Below are positions 1 through 12,268 of a stretch of 44,432 nucleotides of DNA, one piece after another; position 1 is the stretch's first letter; every line of letters begins with the position of its first letter. The position numbers were made by a program, and so were the translations under genes. Source of the stretch: Nemertoderma westbladi (lineage: Eukaryota; Animalia; Xenacoelomorpha); contig JAUCBJ010005079.1 in NCBI GenBank assembly GCA_032718475.1, positions 1 to 44,432 of the forward strand. The letters are read 5' to 3'. Below the pieces are notes generated by a model. The model was not told the origin of the DNA. It saw only the letters and a list, made by a program, of their open reading frames with translations, and searched no databases.

Positions 1-976
1 AATATTTAGGCGCCACATTGGATAACTGCTTATCAGGAGAAAGTACAGTGAAAAATATTTTCTCGAAAGTTAACAGTAGGCTTAGGTTTCTATACAGAAA
101 CCAAAATAGTTTGAACACCGACTCCCGCAAGTTACTTTGCTCTTCTTTAATACAGTGTCACATGGACTATGCATGCTCTTCTTGGTATGAAGGCTTAACC
201 AAACAGCTTAAATGTAAATTACAAGTAGCTCAGAATAAAGTAGTACGATTTATTAAAGACTACAAACCTAGGCACCACCTAACTCCAGATGACTTTTCTG
301 AATCTGGACTACTTAACTTAGATAGTAGAGTTAAGCAGCTACGCCTTAACCATGTGCATAAAGTGTATAATGGTAAATGTCCCAATTACCTAAAACAAAA
401 ATTCAACAGAGTACGCGATACACACTCTTACAGTACCAGAGCTAGTGCTTCAAACTTCTACCTCCCGAATTGTAAATCCTTTGAATCTGATACTTTCTTT
501 TTTAACGGCATAAAAAATTGGAACGCTCTGCCTAATGAAATTAAAAACCTAAATAATCAACATTCTTTTAAATCTGCAGTTAAATCTCATCTCCGTGTGC
601 AATGTAAAAATAGGTACAATAGTCCTACAGTAAGTTATTAGTTTATTAATTATTTACTATTTATACTGTAATTACGTTTTATAATAAATTGTTCTGTACA
701 TTACATCTTTATCGTTGAGTCGGGCATTGTCACGCTCTCGGTAAAGTTGTACATGTACATAGTGTAATTACGTTTTATATTGGTTTTAGGTTAGCGTAGT
801 GTAATATTGTATTTGTAACCAAGTAACATAAAGGACCCCCTTGGAAATAAGCTGCAAAGCTTTAGGGGTAATCCTATATGTTATGTTGGACAATACCTTT
901 ATACCGGTACATTGTTTGGTGTATTTGTTATTGTTTTTACATAATGTATAAATAAATCTATCTATCTATCTATCTA
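1..976 (+). mobile_element. 3' end of a CR1/L2-group LINE, cut by the window edge, with 3' UTR and (ATCT)n tail
   Basis: ORF 18-641 has C-terminal RT-region motifs (MDYACSSW, LQVAQNKVVR, WNALP). It is followed by a 3' UTR hairpin-like segment at ~833-875, AATAAA at 951 and TCTA repeats to ~976. Confidence 0.85.
18..641 (+). pseudogene. C-terminal part of LINE ORF2 (reverse transcriptase region)
   Basis: ORF translation contains the HMDYAC, QNKVVRFI and WNALP motifs typical of CR1/L2-group ORF2. Confidence 0.8.
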
Positions 977-2710
977 ACCACCAAGGTTAAGGCTGAATCA
1001 CCAGCCGATCGCCTCATTGGTTGGAAAGCCCACTTTGAAAAGCTCCTCAATAATGACAGGGTATTGCCTGATAACTTTATAGAAGTAAAGGTGTCTGAGT
1101 CTGTACTCCCAGATATTCCCATTGGCGATATCTCCTTTGCAGAAGTGAAGGCTGCTGCAAAGAGCATTAAGACCAATCGTGCCAGTGGAGTAGATGGTGT
1201 TCCCCCTGAGGTCTTTAAAATACCTGAGTGTTTAAAGCTCATCTATCCCATCATAGTAGACATGTACCGAACAACAAGAGTCCCACAAGAAATGAAAACA
1301 AATAAGTTGGTGCCAGTTCCCAAGAAGGGCAACCTAACACTCTATGGTTCTTTTCGGGGAATCTCATTGATCTCGATTGCTGCAAAGCTATACAATAGGA
1401 TTCTATTAAATCGCATCAGGGATCCCATTGAGAGACTGCTCCGTGGAAATCTGAATGGGTTCCGTAAAGGTCGTGGGACCATGGAGCCCATTTTGGCACT
1501 TAGAAGGATAATTGAAGAATTATCAAAAAAGAAAGACAGGCATCTGGCTGTTATCTTTGTTGACTTCTTCAAGGCCCTTGATTCAGTCTCTCGGTCACGT
1601 ATGTTCAGCATACTTTCATTATATGGGATTCCTGATGAAATTATTGCAGCAATCAGATCAGTATACGATGGTTCGACAACATTTGTGTCTACTGTTGACG
1701 GTGACACAGAACCATTTGAAGTGTTATGGGGCGTCCTCCAAGGAGACACACTTGCACCATTCTTGTTCATTATTGTGGTTGACTATGTTCTACGCATGTC
1801 CTTAGATCATCATAATGATGATGGGGTGATGATAACTCCACCTACTGGCTCCAGAAGTCGAGGAAATCCTGCCAAGTACCTAACTGATCTAGACTTTGCT
1901 GATGACTTAGGAGTACTCTCAGAATCATTAGAGGGAGCCCAACGGCTCCTCAGCTCAGTAGAACATGCTGCTTCTAGTGTTGGTCTTTTTATTAACTCCA
2001 GAAAGACCAAAGTTCTGACAGTTAACTTTGAAAGTCCTCAGCAAGTCTCTGATCGGATGAGCATAAGCTCAAAGGATGGTATGCTTGAGCATGTGGACGA
2101 CTTCTGTTACCTGGGATCATGGATCCGGAAGTCAGGTGAGGACCTTCGAATACGTAAGGGAAAGGCATGGGCAGCCTTGAATAGGCTTTCCAGGATTTGG
2201 AAGTCACCTAGAATTAATCGGAAACTTAAGGTCCGATTATTTAGAGCAGCAGTAGTTCCAGTACTCCTCTACGGGAGTCCATGCTGGGCTCTAACTGCTG
2301 AGGACACCAAATCTCTGGATGGCACATTCACAAGAATGCTACGCCGGGTTCATTGTGTCAAGTACAATGCACACATCTCCAACCAGACACTATATAACAT
2401 TGGAGGTGTCTCATTGGTTCCCCCAAGCTTGACACTAGAACAAAATCGCCTCCGCTTTGCAGGACATTGCTTTCGCCGTGAGGACCAGCCAGTGCATAAT
2501 CTTGTACTTTGGCAGCCTCATGGAGTGAATAAGCATGGTGGACAGCCCATGACTTTCTTGAGACGCATCTTAAAGGACACTGGCCTTAAAGATGCGGATG
2601 ATCTAGCAAATGTCATGGGTGATAGGGAGTTGTGGCGGTGCAATTTTGTTGACAAGCCGGCACAGCATTCTTAAAAATGCAGCTGCAATGCAGCATGCCG
2701 ATTCTAGTAG
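977..2710 (+). mobile_element. 5'-truncated RTE-clade LINE (family A)
   Basis: RT ORF 1064-2674, a short 3' UTR and a TAGTAG tail at ~2705-2710. It directly abuts the tail of the preceding LINE. Confidence 0.9.
1064..2674 (+). CDS. RTE-type reverse transcriptase (partial, no endonuclease domain)
   Basis: Motifs PVPKKGNL, FRGISL, FVDFFKALDS, GVLQGDTLAPFLF, DFADDL, YLGSWI and RLRFAGHC. Confidence 0.9.
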   Translation: MPDNFIEVKVSESVLPDIPIGDISFAEVKAAAKSIKTNRASGVDGVPPEVFKIPECLKLIYPIIVDMYRTTRVPQEMKTNKLVPVPKKGNLTLYGSFRGISLISIAAKLYNRILLNRIRDPIERLLRGNLNGFRKGRGTMEPILALRRIIEELSKKKDRHLAVIFVDFFKALDSVSRSRMFSILSLYGIPDEIIAAIRSVYDGSTTFVSTVDGDTEPFEVLWGVLQGDTLAPFLFIIVVDYVLRMSLDHHNDDGVMITPPTGSRSRGNPAKYLTDLDFADDLGVLSESLEGAQRLLSSVEHAASSVGLFINSRKTKVLTVNFESPQQVSDRMSISSKDGMLEHVDDFCYLGSWIRKSGEDLRIRKGKAWAALNRLSRIWKSPRINRKLKVRLFRAAVVPVLLYGSPCWALTAEDTKSLDGTFTRMLRRVHCVKYNAHISNQTLYNIGGVSLVPPSLTLEQNRLRFAGHCFRREDQPVHNLVLWQPHGVNKHGGQPMTFLRRILKDTGLKDADDLANVMGDRELWRCNFVDKPAQHS

Positions 2711-3691
2711 CTACCCGAGGGTAGGGGTGGGCGCTACTCCTATCCCAAGATTTGCTCCCTGTTATTTAACTGGTGTACTCACTATATCGACTCACTATAT
2801 CATCCCAAAATCGGTTGAAAACTTTTTATTCAGCATATTCGAGGTCATTGAAAACGAATATCAATTCCGTTTTACATTCCGCCAAACCGGACAGGTTTTA
2901 TATGTAGGTCGCCAAAGTTCTAGAATAATAATCGAATTCTTTAATTTTTTAACAAACACTAATAGTCGAGTCAATCTAGAAAAAAAACCATAAGAAATTC
3001 GCAATCAACCAAAACCAAATTTTTTAGGTTCTATATTATCTTGTTATTGCCCAAAAAAAGTCTATAAAAATCTATGTTGCGGAACACATTAACGTTGCTT
3101 GGTAACTGCTCAATAGAACTATTTCCTATTGCTAGTGATGTAATCACTAATTTTTAGACAAATCACTACTGTACAACCACTTTATTATTATGTAGTATTT
3201 TTCTTTAAACACTCTTTATGGGTTTGTATTAGCAATGTGACTTTTTTAAACATTCAGTGCTGTTTATAAAATAATTTGCAGGTACTTTAAAAGATATCCT
3301 AATCTTTTGTGATTGCTTTACAATTTTACGATATGGGTAGTTGGTGTGTTATAGGTACACACCGGCACTACTATGTTATGGGTACCCACTTTTTAAACAA
3401 ATTTTTTCATATGAAAATGGCTTTTATCATGAAGTTTTTTTTATCTAGAACAAATATTTGAACTTCTGACAGTAAGATGGTAACTAGTACTTTTGCTTTT
3501 GTGTTAGCTAGTACTATTTATTAGCTAGTAAATGTAAGATATACCGGTAATTTAATTCTCAATTATATATTTGCATGGAATAATTTATGAGTCATGGTGT
3601 AGCTAGTAATTATTCATCTACTAAGTAATTATTCACTAGCTAGTTTTTTATATTTTATACAAAATATAGGCAGATGCCAAAATAGAGTTTT

Positions 3692-6060
3692 TACTTATTA
3701 CTATTATTATTTTGTTTTTATTATTATTATTCCTTTGGTACCCATAGTGATTGCACGAATGGGGAAGTCTCTACACAAGGTAGGGACTTATAATTAAGGA
3801 AATTATATGTAAAGGTGTCTACAGTATTTCACCGGTAACCAACAAAATTAAACACTATATCATCGCTTAAGTACGCGACGATATTAGTAAATGTCTACAT
3901 ACATAACCGGTAAATAATTAAAATATAAAAAATGTGAACAAGCAATCCCAATCCATACACCACGTAGCTAAAATTATACGCCTCCTCCCGCTCCTCACCA
4001 CCACCCCCCCCCCCCCCCCCCCACTAATATTAGAATACATACATACCACACAAACACAAACAGTTACACACATACGTAAGGGCCATGCAACTTGAGTAGT
4101 GTATACTGTATACGGGAAAAGTAAATAGTGTTAGAGGTGTGGTAATTGAGCTTCCTCTATGTGACCTCCTCGCGAGTAAATCTTTTGAGTAATAGACCCT
4201 TTAATTTAAGTTTAAAATGTTGTAAAGTGTTTGTTTGTCTAATATGAATGGGTAGTTTGTTCCATAGTTTAATTAGCTGTGTAGTGAGACTGTAATGTCC
4301 AAATTGGTTGTGGCATCTAGGTAAGCGGATTTTGTATGTGCGTCTATTTAAGATCTGGGTGTTTCTTGGGAGTAGTGGGAGATCAAGATTTTTAAAAGGG
4401 GCAGATATATTGTAGATATATTTATAGAAAAATAGGAGACCGTAATATTCACGGAAAGCAGATAGTAGGGGTATTTTCGATTTGGTTCTGAGGTCAGTTG
4501 CCGTTACGTCTTTGCATCGTTTATTAAAGGTACATCGTAGACCGTAATTCTGAATTTTTTCTAATTTATATAATATGTCTTTAAATCCATGAACATTATG
4601 GTGAGATATTAGGAATTGACAGCAATAATGATGGTAAGGGAGAACAAAGGTTTTATATAATTGGATTTTCGTTTTGAGCGGCAACTGACCTTTAATTTTC
4701 CTAAGACTTGCAATGCTGGTGGACATTTTTTTGATTATGTTGTTTATATGATCGGTCCAACTTAGTTTGTTGTTGATTAGGACGCCGAGATATTTAATGC
4801 AGTTAGATTGGCTAATTATTGAGGTGTCATTTATTTTTAATTTTATTGAGTCAATGTTATTTGCGGTTCGAGTATATTTTGGTGTTAATAGTAAAAATTC
4901 AGTTTTATCCGGGTTCAATTTTAATTTTAATTTTGCGAATACATTGGTCAAGTTTTGTACATTTTTAGCTAAATCTACAGTAGCAGTTGATGCGTTTTTG
5001 GAGCTGACATAGAGAGCAGTATCATCGGCATATTGTATGAGATTTGCATCTTTTGAGGTTAAATTTGGAATAGAATTAGTATATAAGGAGAAGAGAAGGG
5101 GGCCAAGGAGTGTCCCTTGGGGGACCCCTCGTTTCTCTATAAGGAATGGTGAAAATGTATGGCCTATTTTAACTCGTTGTTGTCTGTCGTGTAAGTAATT
5201 TTTAATCATGTTGCAAGCATTTGTTTCGAATCCTAGATCAGTTAGGTGTGTTATTAGTGTATCATGGTCCAGAGAGTTGAAAGCCTTGCTAAGGTCAAGG
5301 AAGGCTACAGCAACATGGTAACCACGATCCAGGTCATACCGCCATGCTTCTGTAGCGTATGTTATTGCATCAGAAGTGGAAAACCTTTTACGGAAGCCAA
5401 ATTGAAATGGTGTTAAAATGTTATTACGTGAGAGGTAGTGTTCGATTTGCGTGACTAGTATTTTTTCGAATATTTTAGCTATTGGGTGCGTGACTGAGAT
5501 TGGACGGTAATTAGTTGGGTCATATTCGTCGCCTTTCTTGTATACAGGGGTAACGTTAGATATTTTTAGTTGATTTGGGAAAATTGATTTAGTTATTGAG
5601 TCATTAATAATATTTGAAAGTGGAGAGCTGATAAATCCTGCAGATAATTTAAAGATTCTAGTAGGGATCGAACTGGGGCCGGAAGGTTTATTGTTAGATA
5701 GTTTGGTTAGAGCTTCAAAAATGTCAAGAGTGGAGATGCAGTGGAAGGAAAATTTCGGTTCTGCTATATGATCTATTACATTCGGTGCCCTATATTGAGT
5801 CCAGTTTAATGTGTTATCTAGACCGGTAAATTTTCCTATATCTATGAAAATATCATTAAATGTTTTAGCTATGTCTAATGGACGAGTTAATAGACGACCG
5901 TTGTATTTTATTTCCGGTGTAGTAGATCGAATATTTTTATTTAGTATGCTGTTAATTATCGCCCACTTTCCTTTAGCTGTTCTCTGATTTAGGAATTTAT
6001 CCTTAATATATTTGTTTTTCAATAACGATTTATAGACTAGATTTATTTATCTTTTTATTA
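3692..6060 (-). mobile_element. 5'-truncated CR1/L2-group LINE
   Basis: RT ORF 4157-6022 on the minus strand, with a 3' UTR ending in an (AAT)n-like tail at ~3692-3730. Boundaries are approximate. Confidence 0.85.
4157..6022 (-). CDS. LINE ORF2 reverse transcriptase (partial)
   Basis: Motifs PVYKKGD, NYRPIS, QFGFR, FLDLSKAF, GVPQGTLLGPLLF, QYADDT, KYLGV and WNKLP. Confidence 0.9.
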   Translation of the reverse strand: MKNKYIKDKFLNQRTAKGKWAIINSILNKNIRSTTPEIKYNGRLLTRPLDIAKTFNDIFIDIGKFTGLDNTLNWTQYRAPNVIDHIAEPKFSFHCISTLDIFEALTKLSNNKPSGPSSIPTRIFKLSAGFISSPLSNIINDSITKSIFPNQLKISNVTPVYKKGDEYDPTNYRPISVTHPIAKIFEKILVTQIEHYLSRNNILTPFQFGFRKRFSTSDAITYATEAWRYDLDRGYHVAVAFLDLSKAFNSLDHDTLITHLTDLGFETNACNMIKNYLHDRQQRVKIGHTFSPFLIEKRGVPQGTLLGPLLFSLYTNSIPNLTSKDANLIQYADDTALYVSSKNASTATVDLAKNVQNLTNVFAKLKLKLNPDKTEFLLLTPKYTRTANNIDSIKLKINDTSIISQSNCIKYLGVLINNKLSWTDHINNIIKKMSTSIASLRKIKGQLPLKTKIQLYKTFVLPYHHYCCQFLISHHNVHGFKDILYKLEKIQNYGLRCTFNKRCKDVTATDLRTKSKIPLLSAFREYYGLLFFYKYIYNISAPFKNLDLPLLPRNTQILNRRTYKIRLPRCHNQFGHYSLTTQLIKLWNKLPIHIRQTNTLQHFKLKLKGLLLKRFTREEVT

Positions 6061-6114
6061 ATTGCGAGAATATATTGATGATATAGAAATTGTCTAAATA
6101 AAAGGGGCACTACA

Positions 6115-6590
6115 AAATTTATTTTGTAATTTTAAAATCACTAGCTACTTTTAAAAACACTACCGGTAGCTACCATAATAAAAAATAATGGGTAACCTCT
6201 CCTGGAAGATAAACAAATTTATGTTCTATAACAAAGAGCCATCTTTATAATATCCATTAACATGGTCCAAAATATTATTTGTAATTTTAAGATCACTAGC
6301 TACCTTAATAAAAAAATAATAGGTACCTCTCTCAGAAGGTGAAATTTATGTTCTAGAACGAAAAACATCATGATAATATCCAATAACATGGTAAAAAAAT
6401 TGATCAAAAATTAATAAAAAAATAGGTAATAAAAATTTGGTTTTGTAATTTTAAAATCAGTAGCTACCTAAAAGAAATTACTAGCTACCATAAAAAAAAA
6501 CAATAGCTAACGTCTAACAGAATATGATATTAATGTTCTAAAACAAAAAACCTCAAGATAATAGCCATTAACATTGTCAAATAAATGGTC
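6115..6590. repeat. Degenerate subterminal tandem repeats of the TIR element
   Basis: The block TTTTGTAATTTTAA(A/G)ATCACTAGCTAC...ATGTTCTA...CCATTAACAT recurs about 3 times. Confidence 0.55.
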
Positions 6591-7884
6591 AAAAGTGGGT
6601 ACCCATAACATAGTAGTGCCCCCCCCCCCCCCCCCCCTGAAAATTGTTATAATACCGGTAGATAGTTTTTTATATTTCTTTTATAAACAATAAACACATG
6701 TTCTGGAACATGTTAGTTATTATTTAGCATTAAAACATGTATTCTAGAACAAATTTTATAAAAGCTTAAAAAATGTATATTTTATTAATGATGTTGCATT
6801 AAATGTCACGGGAATTATATTTTCTAGAACAGTGTAAGATTCTCGACAATATTTTTCTATAGCTAAGATTTATGGCTATGAAGATTATACACAGTATCAA
6901 TGACAAGGCGATTCTACACAAAAAACCCCATTTGCCAATGTTACGGACTTGCTTCTAGACGTTATTATCCTGTAATGTTTAAACTTAGTTTTCTATATAG
7001 AAAATATACAATAAAAACATTTTGTTTTTAGAAAATTATTACATATTTTCTAGAGTCTTTCCAAGTATAAATAACATTAGATCAATAGAAAGGAAATACA
7101 CCAAACAATGTATTTTATCTTATTGTCAGATAAAATTGTCTTAGATTTTATTACATGTGTTGGAAGAGCATCGAAGTAGAACAGGTTTGCATTATTATGC
7201 AAGTAATTTGAGCAAAGTCCATGCACACACTGAAAAAGTTATTGCAACTTTAGTGTCTGCAAGCCTCCCCTGGTTACTCCAAAACGGAACTCAATATCCA
7301 ATATTAGTTTATGTAGTGAGTAAATATTCGATAACACTATTATTTAACATTGAGTAAGTTTATATAACACTAATTCGTGTTTTATATCAATATCCATAAT
7401 ACCATAATGCACAAAGCGGGGGTGGGAATACAGAGTTTCCGGTATTACGGGTGCAGGTCGAGGCTTCCTAGCTGGGATCTTTGAGGGAAAATAACTAGTC
7501 GTCTTTCATATTACCTACATCGTAACAACTATAGGCTCACCATCCGGGAAAGGATATAAGCAACACCGAGGAAAACACTAAAACATAGTGTCACCCTATA
7601 GGTTGTATGGACACTAATATATACACGGGATGACATACGTACACTGGTCAAGCAATAGGCACAATACATTTACTGTATAGTCTGGTAGATTGCGCAACCA
7701 CGTGAATTCATTTTACGTTTTTGGCCGCTGGGCCTTAATATTTGTTAACCTGAACTTTGTAAGTGATAAACATGGGGTGATAATTAATGCCGTTATACGG
7801 CAATCGACTATTAAAGCGATATATTGGTTTTTTGGGTCTCCGAAGTGCATAAGGATAAATCCCGTAAATAATAATTACTGTATA

Positions 7885-9310
7885 TGTTACGATATATGGC
7901 GTTGTGTAGTAAAGCAACCCATCATACAGTATAGAATAATTAGATAAGTCGTATTGACGTACAGCCATAATTAGATAGGGTAAATAAATACACCAGTTCA
8001 TTTATATTCAGCCCATTTATACAGTATGTAGCCCTACTTACGTAATTTTTATAATAAAACCTTAGCATATTAATATACGGTGGCAAACTTTTATAAAATA
8101 TGAATATGAATTTGCCGTTTCTGGAAATCATTCGAATTGAATATGTATTTGTGCTAATTTAATTTATATTTCTCTATAAATCGATGTTTGTGCTAAAATA
8201 ACGCCTAAATTGTGCTTTTAATAATCGCCAAATTAAGTTGAGGCGGTTATGTGCTTAAATGATCGCCAAATTAAGTCCTGCGCACTGATTGGCTAAAAAC
8301 CCAGCTGATAGAACCCTGGATGCGCCTAATCAGTGAGCGGGCTTAAACATTGCGTCATTCTTGCAGTTTTGTAGTAGCCATCTTTCTTATAATTTTGTAC
8401 TTCCTTTCGTTTGTAAAAATTGCTGATTTCTTCCTGTAACTGTTACTTGATTTATGACTTTTGAATATGATTACTGCTTGGACTGACTCTTGATTTCTTA
8501 TTCTTTGCAATGTAGTAGATCTTAATCAAAGATTTCTTATTCGACTGTCAAGACTGTTTGTCATGCTTGCGCCTATACGGTGATTGCTTGCTTTAGCATG
8601 TTGGGCTAAGGGTACCGGTAGGCGTCGCGGGTGCACTGTTGGATGCGACGGAAGGAGAGGTGGAGGATCCAATGTGTGGCAACGCTGGCGGGGGCCAGTA
8701 GTTGTGGTCGGGCGAATCAAAGTAGAGGACCGGGGACCGGTCGTCATTACGGCTTTTGGGGGCTGACGAACAAGATTTCGTCTCAGTATTGTTTGGCTGT
8801 AGTGCTGTTTTAACGGGTTTAGCTAGGAAGACCGCATTTAGCTTGGGTGGCCTTGGCATATTACACTAGTGCTACGCCAGTGCTACAAACGCCACAAACA
8901 CTGTTAATGTATTGGTGGTTTACTGTTTTAAACGCTGCTTTATGTTGTGTTGTTTAGAAAGGGCCTGATTCTCGATTGTGATGTTTAGATAGGCGCTATT
9001 CTCTTGATTGTTTCTATTTCTAATTTATGCTTGTTAATTACTGTTAGGTCAAATAATACAGTATTTGGGCTGTTGCTAGTATAACTCAGTAGCGTAAATA
9101 ATTAGTAATACGCATTCTGGAATACTTAGTAATTAGTATGCAACTCTGTGCATTTGAGACACTACTTACTTTACTTTAGCACTTAAAATTAAGAATTATA
9201 AAATTAAGAATTTGTACGCTGCATAGCGGAGAATAGTTTGGGTAGATTACGTTTAGAAATACTTTATATTCTACGCTAGGCGGTTATTTGGAAGTAGCGG
9301 GTCAGCAGGT
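7885..9310 (-). repeat. Diverged copy of an interspersed repeat, the inverted partner of 12275-13937
   Basis: Collinear reverse-complement matches, e.g. TGGAGGATCCAATGTG (~8661) vs CACATTGGATCCTCCA (~12855), GCATAGCGGAGAATAGTTT (~9221) vs AAACTATTCTCCGCTATGC (~12345), and GTTACGATATATGGCG (~7886) vs CGCCATATATCGTAAC (~13922). Confidence 0.75.
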
Positions 9311-9519
9311 TTACAGCGGTACCGGTAGCTAGAGTAGCGCAGTAGTGATATCGCTGAGTTAAATCAGCACAAGGTCAAAGTTTCGACATTAGGGAAATTA
9401 ATACCCCACCTTTTGCATATTAAAATATTCTCACATTTGACATTGTTCCGCCCAGCAAACTGCCTGTATTTCTCTGTGGAAAGTGAACACCGAGTGCTAA
9501 GTCACCCGCACTCATATTA

Positions 9520-9676
9520 CTACTACTAGGATCTGCATGCTGCATTGCAGCTGCATTTTTAAGAATGCTGTGCCGGCTTATCGACAAAATTGCACTGCCA
9601 CAACTCCTTATCACCCATGACATTTGCTAGATCATCCGCATCTTCAAGGCCAGTGTCCTTTAAGATGCGTCTCAAA
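9520..9676 (-). mobile_element. 157-bp 3' fragment of RTE family A with a 14-bp TSD
   Basis: Reverse complement of ~2557-2710 including the (TAG)n tail. Flanked by CCGCACTCATATTA at 9506-9519 and 9677-9690. Confidence 0.9.
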
Positions 9677-9916
9677 CCGCACTCATATTAAGTAGCTTAG
9701 GAAGTCAAATCAAATTCATTGTTTTGGTTATTTCTGTTTGGCTTATAAATTAGAACGATTAGCTTGATGTGTTATAGCTTGATTAAATTTGTTTCATTTG
9801 AAAATACAAACATATCAAAAGGAAAGACCGCCCTGGGGTGCTTTTAACAGTAATAAGCCCTTTGTTTACTGTAGATTTTAATATGGATTTTATATTCCTA
9901 GCCTAGTCCTAGTCTT

Positions 9917-10381
9917 AAATCAGATCTCTCCAGGCACCTGAAGACTAAGTTCTTTCGAGTCACAGTGGAAAGTGTATTTTTATCCGGGGGTGAGACCTGG
10001 ACACTGACTAAATCACTTGAACAACGAATTGATGGTTGCTACACAAGACTACTAAGGGCAGCCCTAAACATCAGCTGGAGACAACACATGACAAACGCCG
10101 AGCTTTATGGTACAATACCACCTGTATCAACCACCCTCCGTGAACGCAGATTAAGATTCAGTGGGCACTGCTGGCGAAGTAAAGACGAGGTCATACCAGA
10201 TCTACTTCTCTGGCAACCAACTCATGGAAAGCGTAGTCGTGGACGACCGGCCATAACATATATAGATCAACTTGAAAGGGATACTGAACTTGGGAGAAAC
10301 GAAATTACGACAACTATGGAGAATCGGGAAGCCTGGGAGGATCTCATTTCCACTGTCCGAGTTCGCTCGACTTAGTAGTAG
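9917..10381 (+). mobile_element. 5'-truncated copy of RTE family B (same family as 33333-36847)
   Basis: Near-identical to ~36377-36841 (ORF 9965-10375 matches the end of the 1025-aa ORF) and has a (TAG)n tail. TATTCCTAGC at 9893-9902 and 10382-10391 is a probable TSD. Confidence 0.9.
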
Positions 10382-10680
10382 TATTCCTAGCTAGCCAGTG
10401 GCATCGCTCTTTGCCTGCCTGCCTGACTACGCCTATGACTACCTACCGAGCTATTCATTTATTCTCAACCTGTTTAGCTGATATTCCTACAGAGTCTGTT
10501 AATATATTTATATTTAAATTTATAGCTAAACGACAGATTTAATAATGATTGTCAATAATAAGGCTTATATCCAAAAGTGTTTATTTCTCAAAATATTAGG
10601 CTTATTATTTTTTGATAGGATTTCTGTGTATGCCTATTTGAATTATCTAAGTTTTTACACTGGGGCATTAACAAAGGGTA

Positions 10681-12268
10681 CACGTTCGTGGGGCCTTCGC
10701 GCAGCACGAGGCTCAGTTATGAGATACAAATTAAAATTGAGCAATTCTAGACAAAATCTGTATTTAAGAAATTAACCAAACCGCAAATAAATTATAAGAG
10801 GGGAAAGTTGCTCGCTTTGAATGACACAGTTAATGGTCTAGTACAAATATGCCAAGTTTCAGCTACATGTAGAACGGGTTTAAAGCAAAGAAAATGTGAG
10901 GATATTTAATATCTAGACATGTAGCCCTCTAGCGAGAGACTGAGGATTTGATGGTGTCTGGAAGTCCCTAAAAAACAAAACTGATGGTCTTATTGATGCC
11001 TACTAATTTTAGACTCGAAAGCTTTAAATCCGACGAAGTTATGAGTAAGTCACAATCGTAGCGACGATGGTGACATACAGTACCATTATTGAATGAAATA
11101 TTTGTCATAATTGACCTACCCCCCTAATAGATAGATAGAATCAGTTCGCAAAGGCTCCGCCAACTTCGTGGCTCGGACCCCATACCCCATGCTATAAAGT
11201 GTAATCGATCGATATACAATTATATATTAATCCGCTAGGTGGTGTCAAATTATTATTCTGCAATTTCGTACTTGTACAGTACAGCAGTACCGTACCGGTA
11301 GGCCTGTGTCATTACTTCGGAGTCTCTAGCCGATCCCAATTAAATGTCTTAAACTTTTCAATTTCGTAGAAGATAGACTTTATGATTCTCTACAGGCAAC
11401 CAAAATTTTAGCTCTGGAAAATGAGGCGTTCCCCAGAAATTTTACATTTTCTAAAAACCACATAATCTGTCGTAGCTGACGTCAGATTTTTCATCAAACT
11501 TTACAAATTTTCTAAACTTTCCCTTTACTACTTACCTACTAAGTTTGGTTCAATTTCGAATTAGTGATGCCGAGAAATTCGCGTTCAAACATTTACCAGG
11601 CAGACAGACAGGCGGACATGCCCCATTTGCCCTATATGAACCGTATGCCAAGTGGCTCGCCGTCTACGTGTCTCGCCCCACAGGTAAATTCAATTCATTA
11701 TTTGAATATCATTACTGCATCGACTGCATTTAGCTGTGTAGTACTGCGTTGATTATATTCCTATAAACCACACCTGGCTTCGCATAGTGATTGCATCGAT
11801 AGTTATGAGGATCATCAGTCTGCGTTTAGTGAATATATTTAAATACAAAACGGGACGAGCAGAACGAGTATTATAATGCAGTAATGAAGACGAGTACTGC
11901 GATTATTATATTCCTATAAGCCATACCTGGCTTCGCATAGTGATTGCATCGATAGTTGAGGATCATCAGTCTGCGTTTAGTAAATATATTTAAATACAAA
12001 ACGGACGAGCAGAACGAGGATTATAATGCAGTAATGAAGACGAGTACTGCGTTGACTATACTCCTATAAATCACCTGGATTCGCATATTGAACGCATCGA
12101 TAGTTATAAAGATCGCCAGTCTGCGTTTAGGAAGTATATTTAAATACAAACCTGGACGAGCACAACGAGGATTATAATGAAGACGAGTACTGCTTTTATT
12201 ATATTCTAAATTTTAATATTTGTGTCTCATAACTGAGCCTCGTGCTGCGCGAAGTCCCCACGAACGTG
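10681..12268. mobile_element. Non-autonomous TIR DNA element, CAC...GTG termini, TA flanks
   Basis: Imperfect ~55-bp inverted repeats CACGTTCGTGGGG(C/A)CTTCGCGCAGCACGAGGCTCAGTTATGAGA at both ends. TA at 10679-80 and 12269-70. No transposase ORF. Confidence 0.8.
11741..12206. repeat. Three ~150-bp tandem repeats inside the TIR element
   Basis: Units start GTACTGCG..TATATTCCTATAA at 11741, 11894 and 12044, with a partial fourth at 12187. Confidence 0.9.

Larger units (their letters stand above)
3364..6620. mobile_element. Non-autonomous TIR (DNA) element hosting a nested LINE
   Basis: Perfect 30-bp inverted repeats GGCACTACTATGTTATGGGTACCCACTTTT at 3364-3393 and 6591-6620, an AT-rich interior and degenerate subterminal repeats. 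The superfamily and TSD are ambiguous. Confidence 0.75.

Noticed and set aside
7400-7470. Possible downstream PCMT1 exon (minus strand PAPVIPETL, like AAAPVVPQAL)
   Set aside because: The flanking residues lack YDAIHVG and QLKPGG, so it is likely a chance match.
11775-11830. Hammerhead on the minus strand of the 150-bp repeats (CTGATGA...CGAAG)
   Set aside because: No closing stem II pair and no GAAA or stem III.
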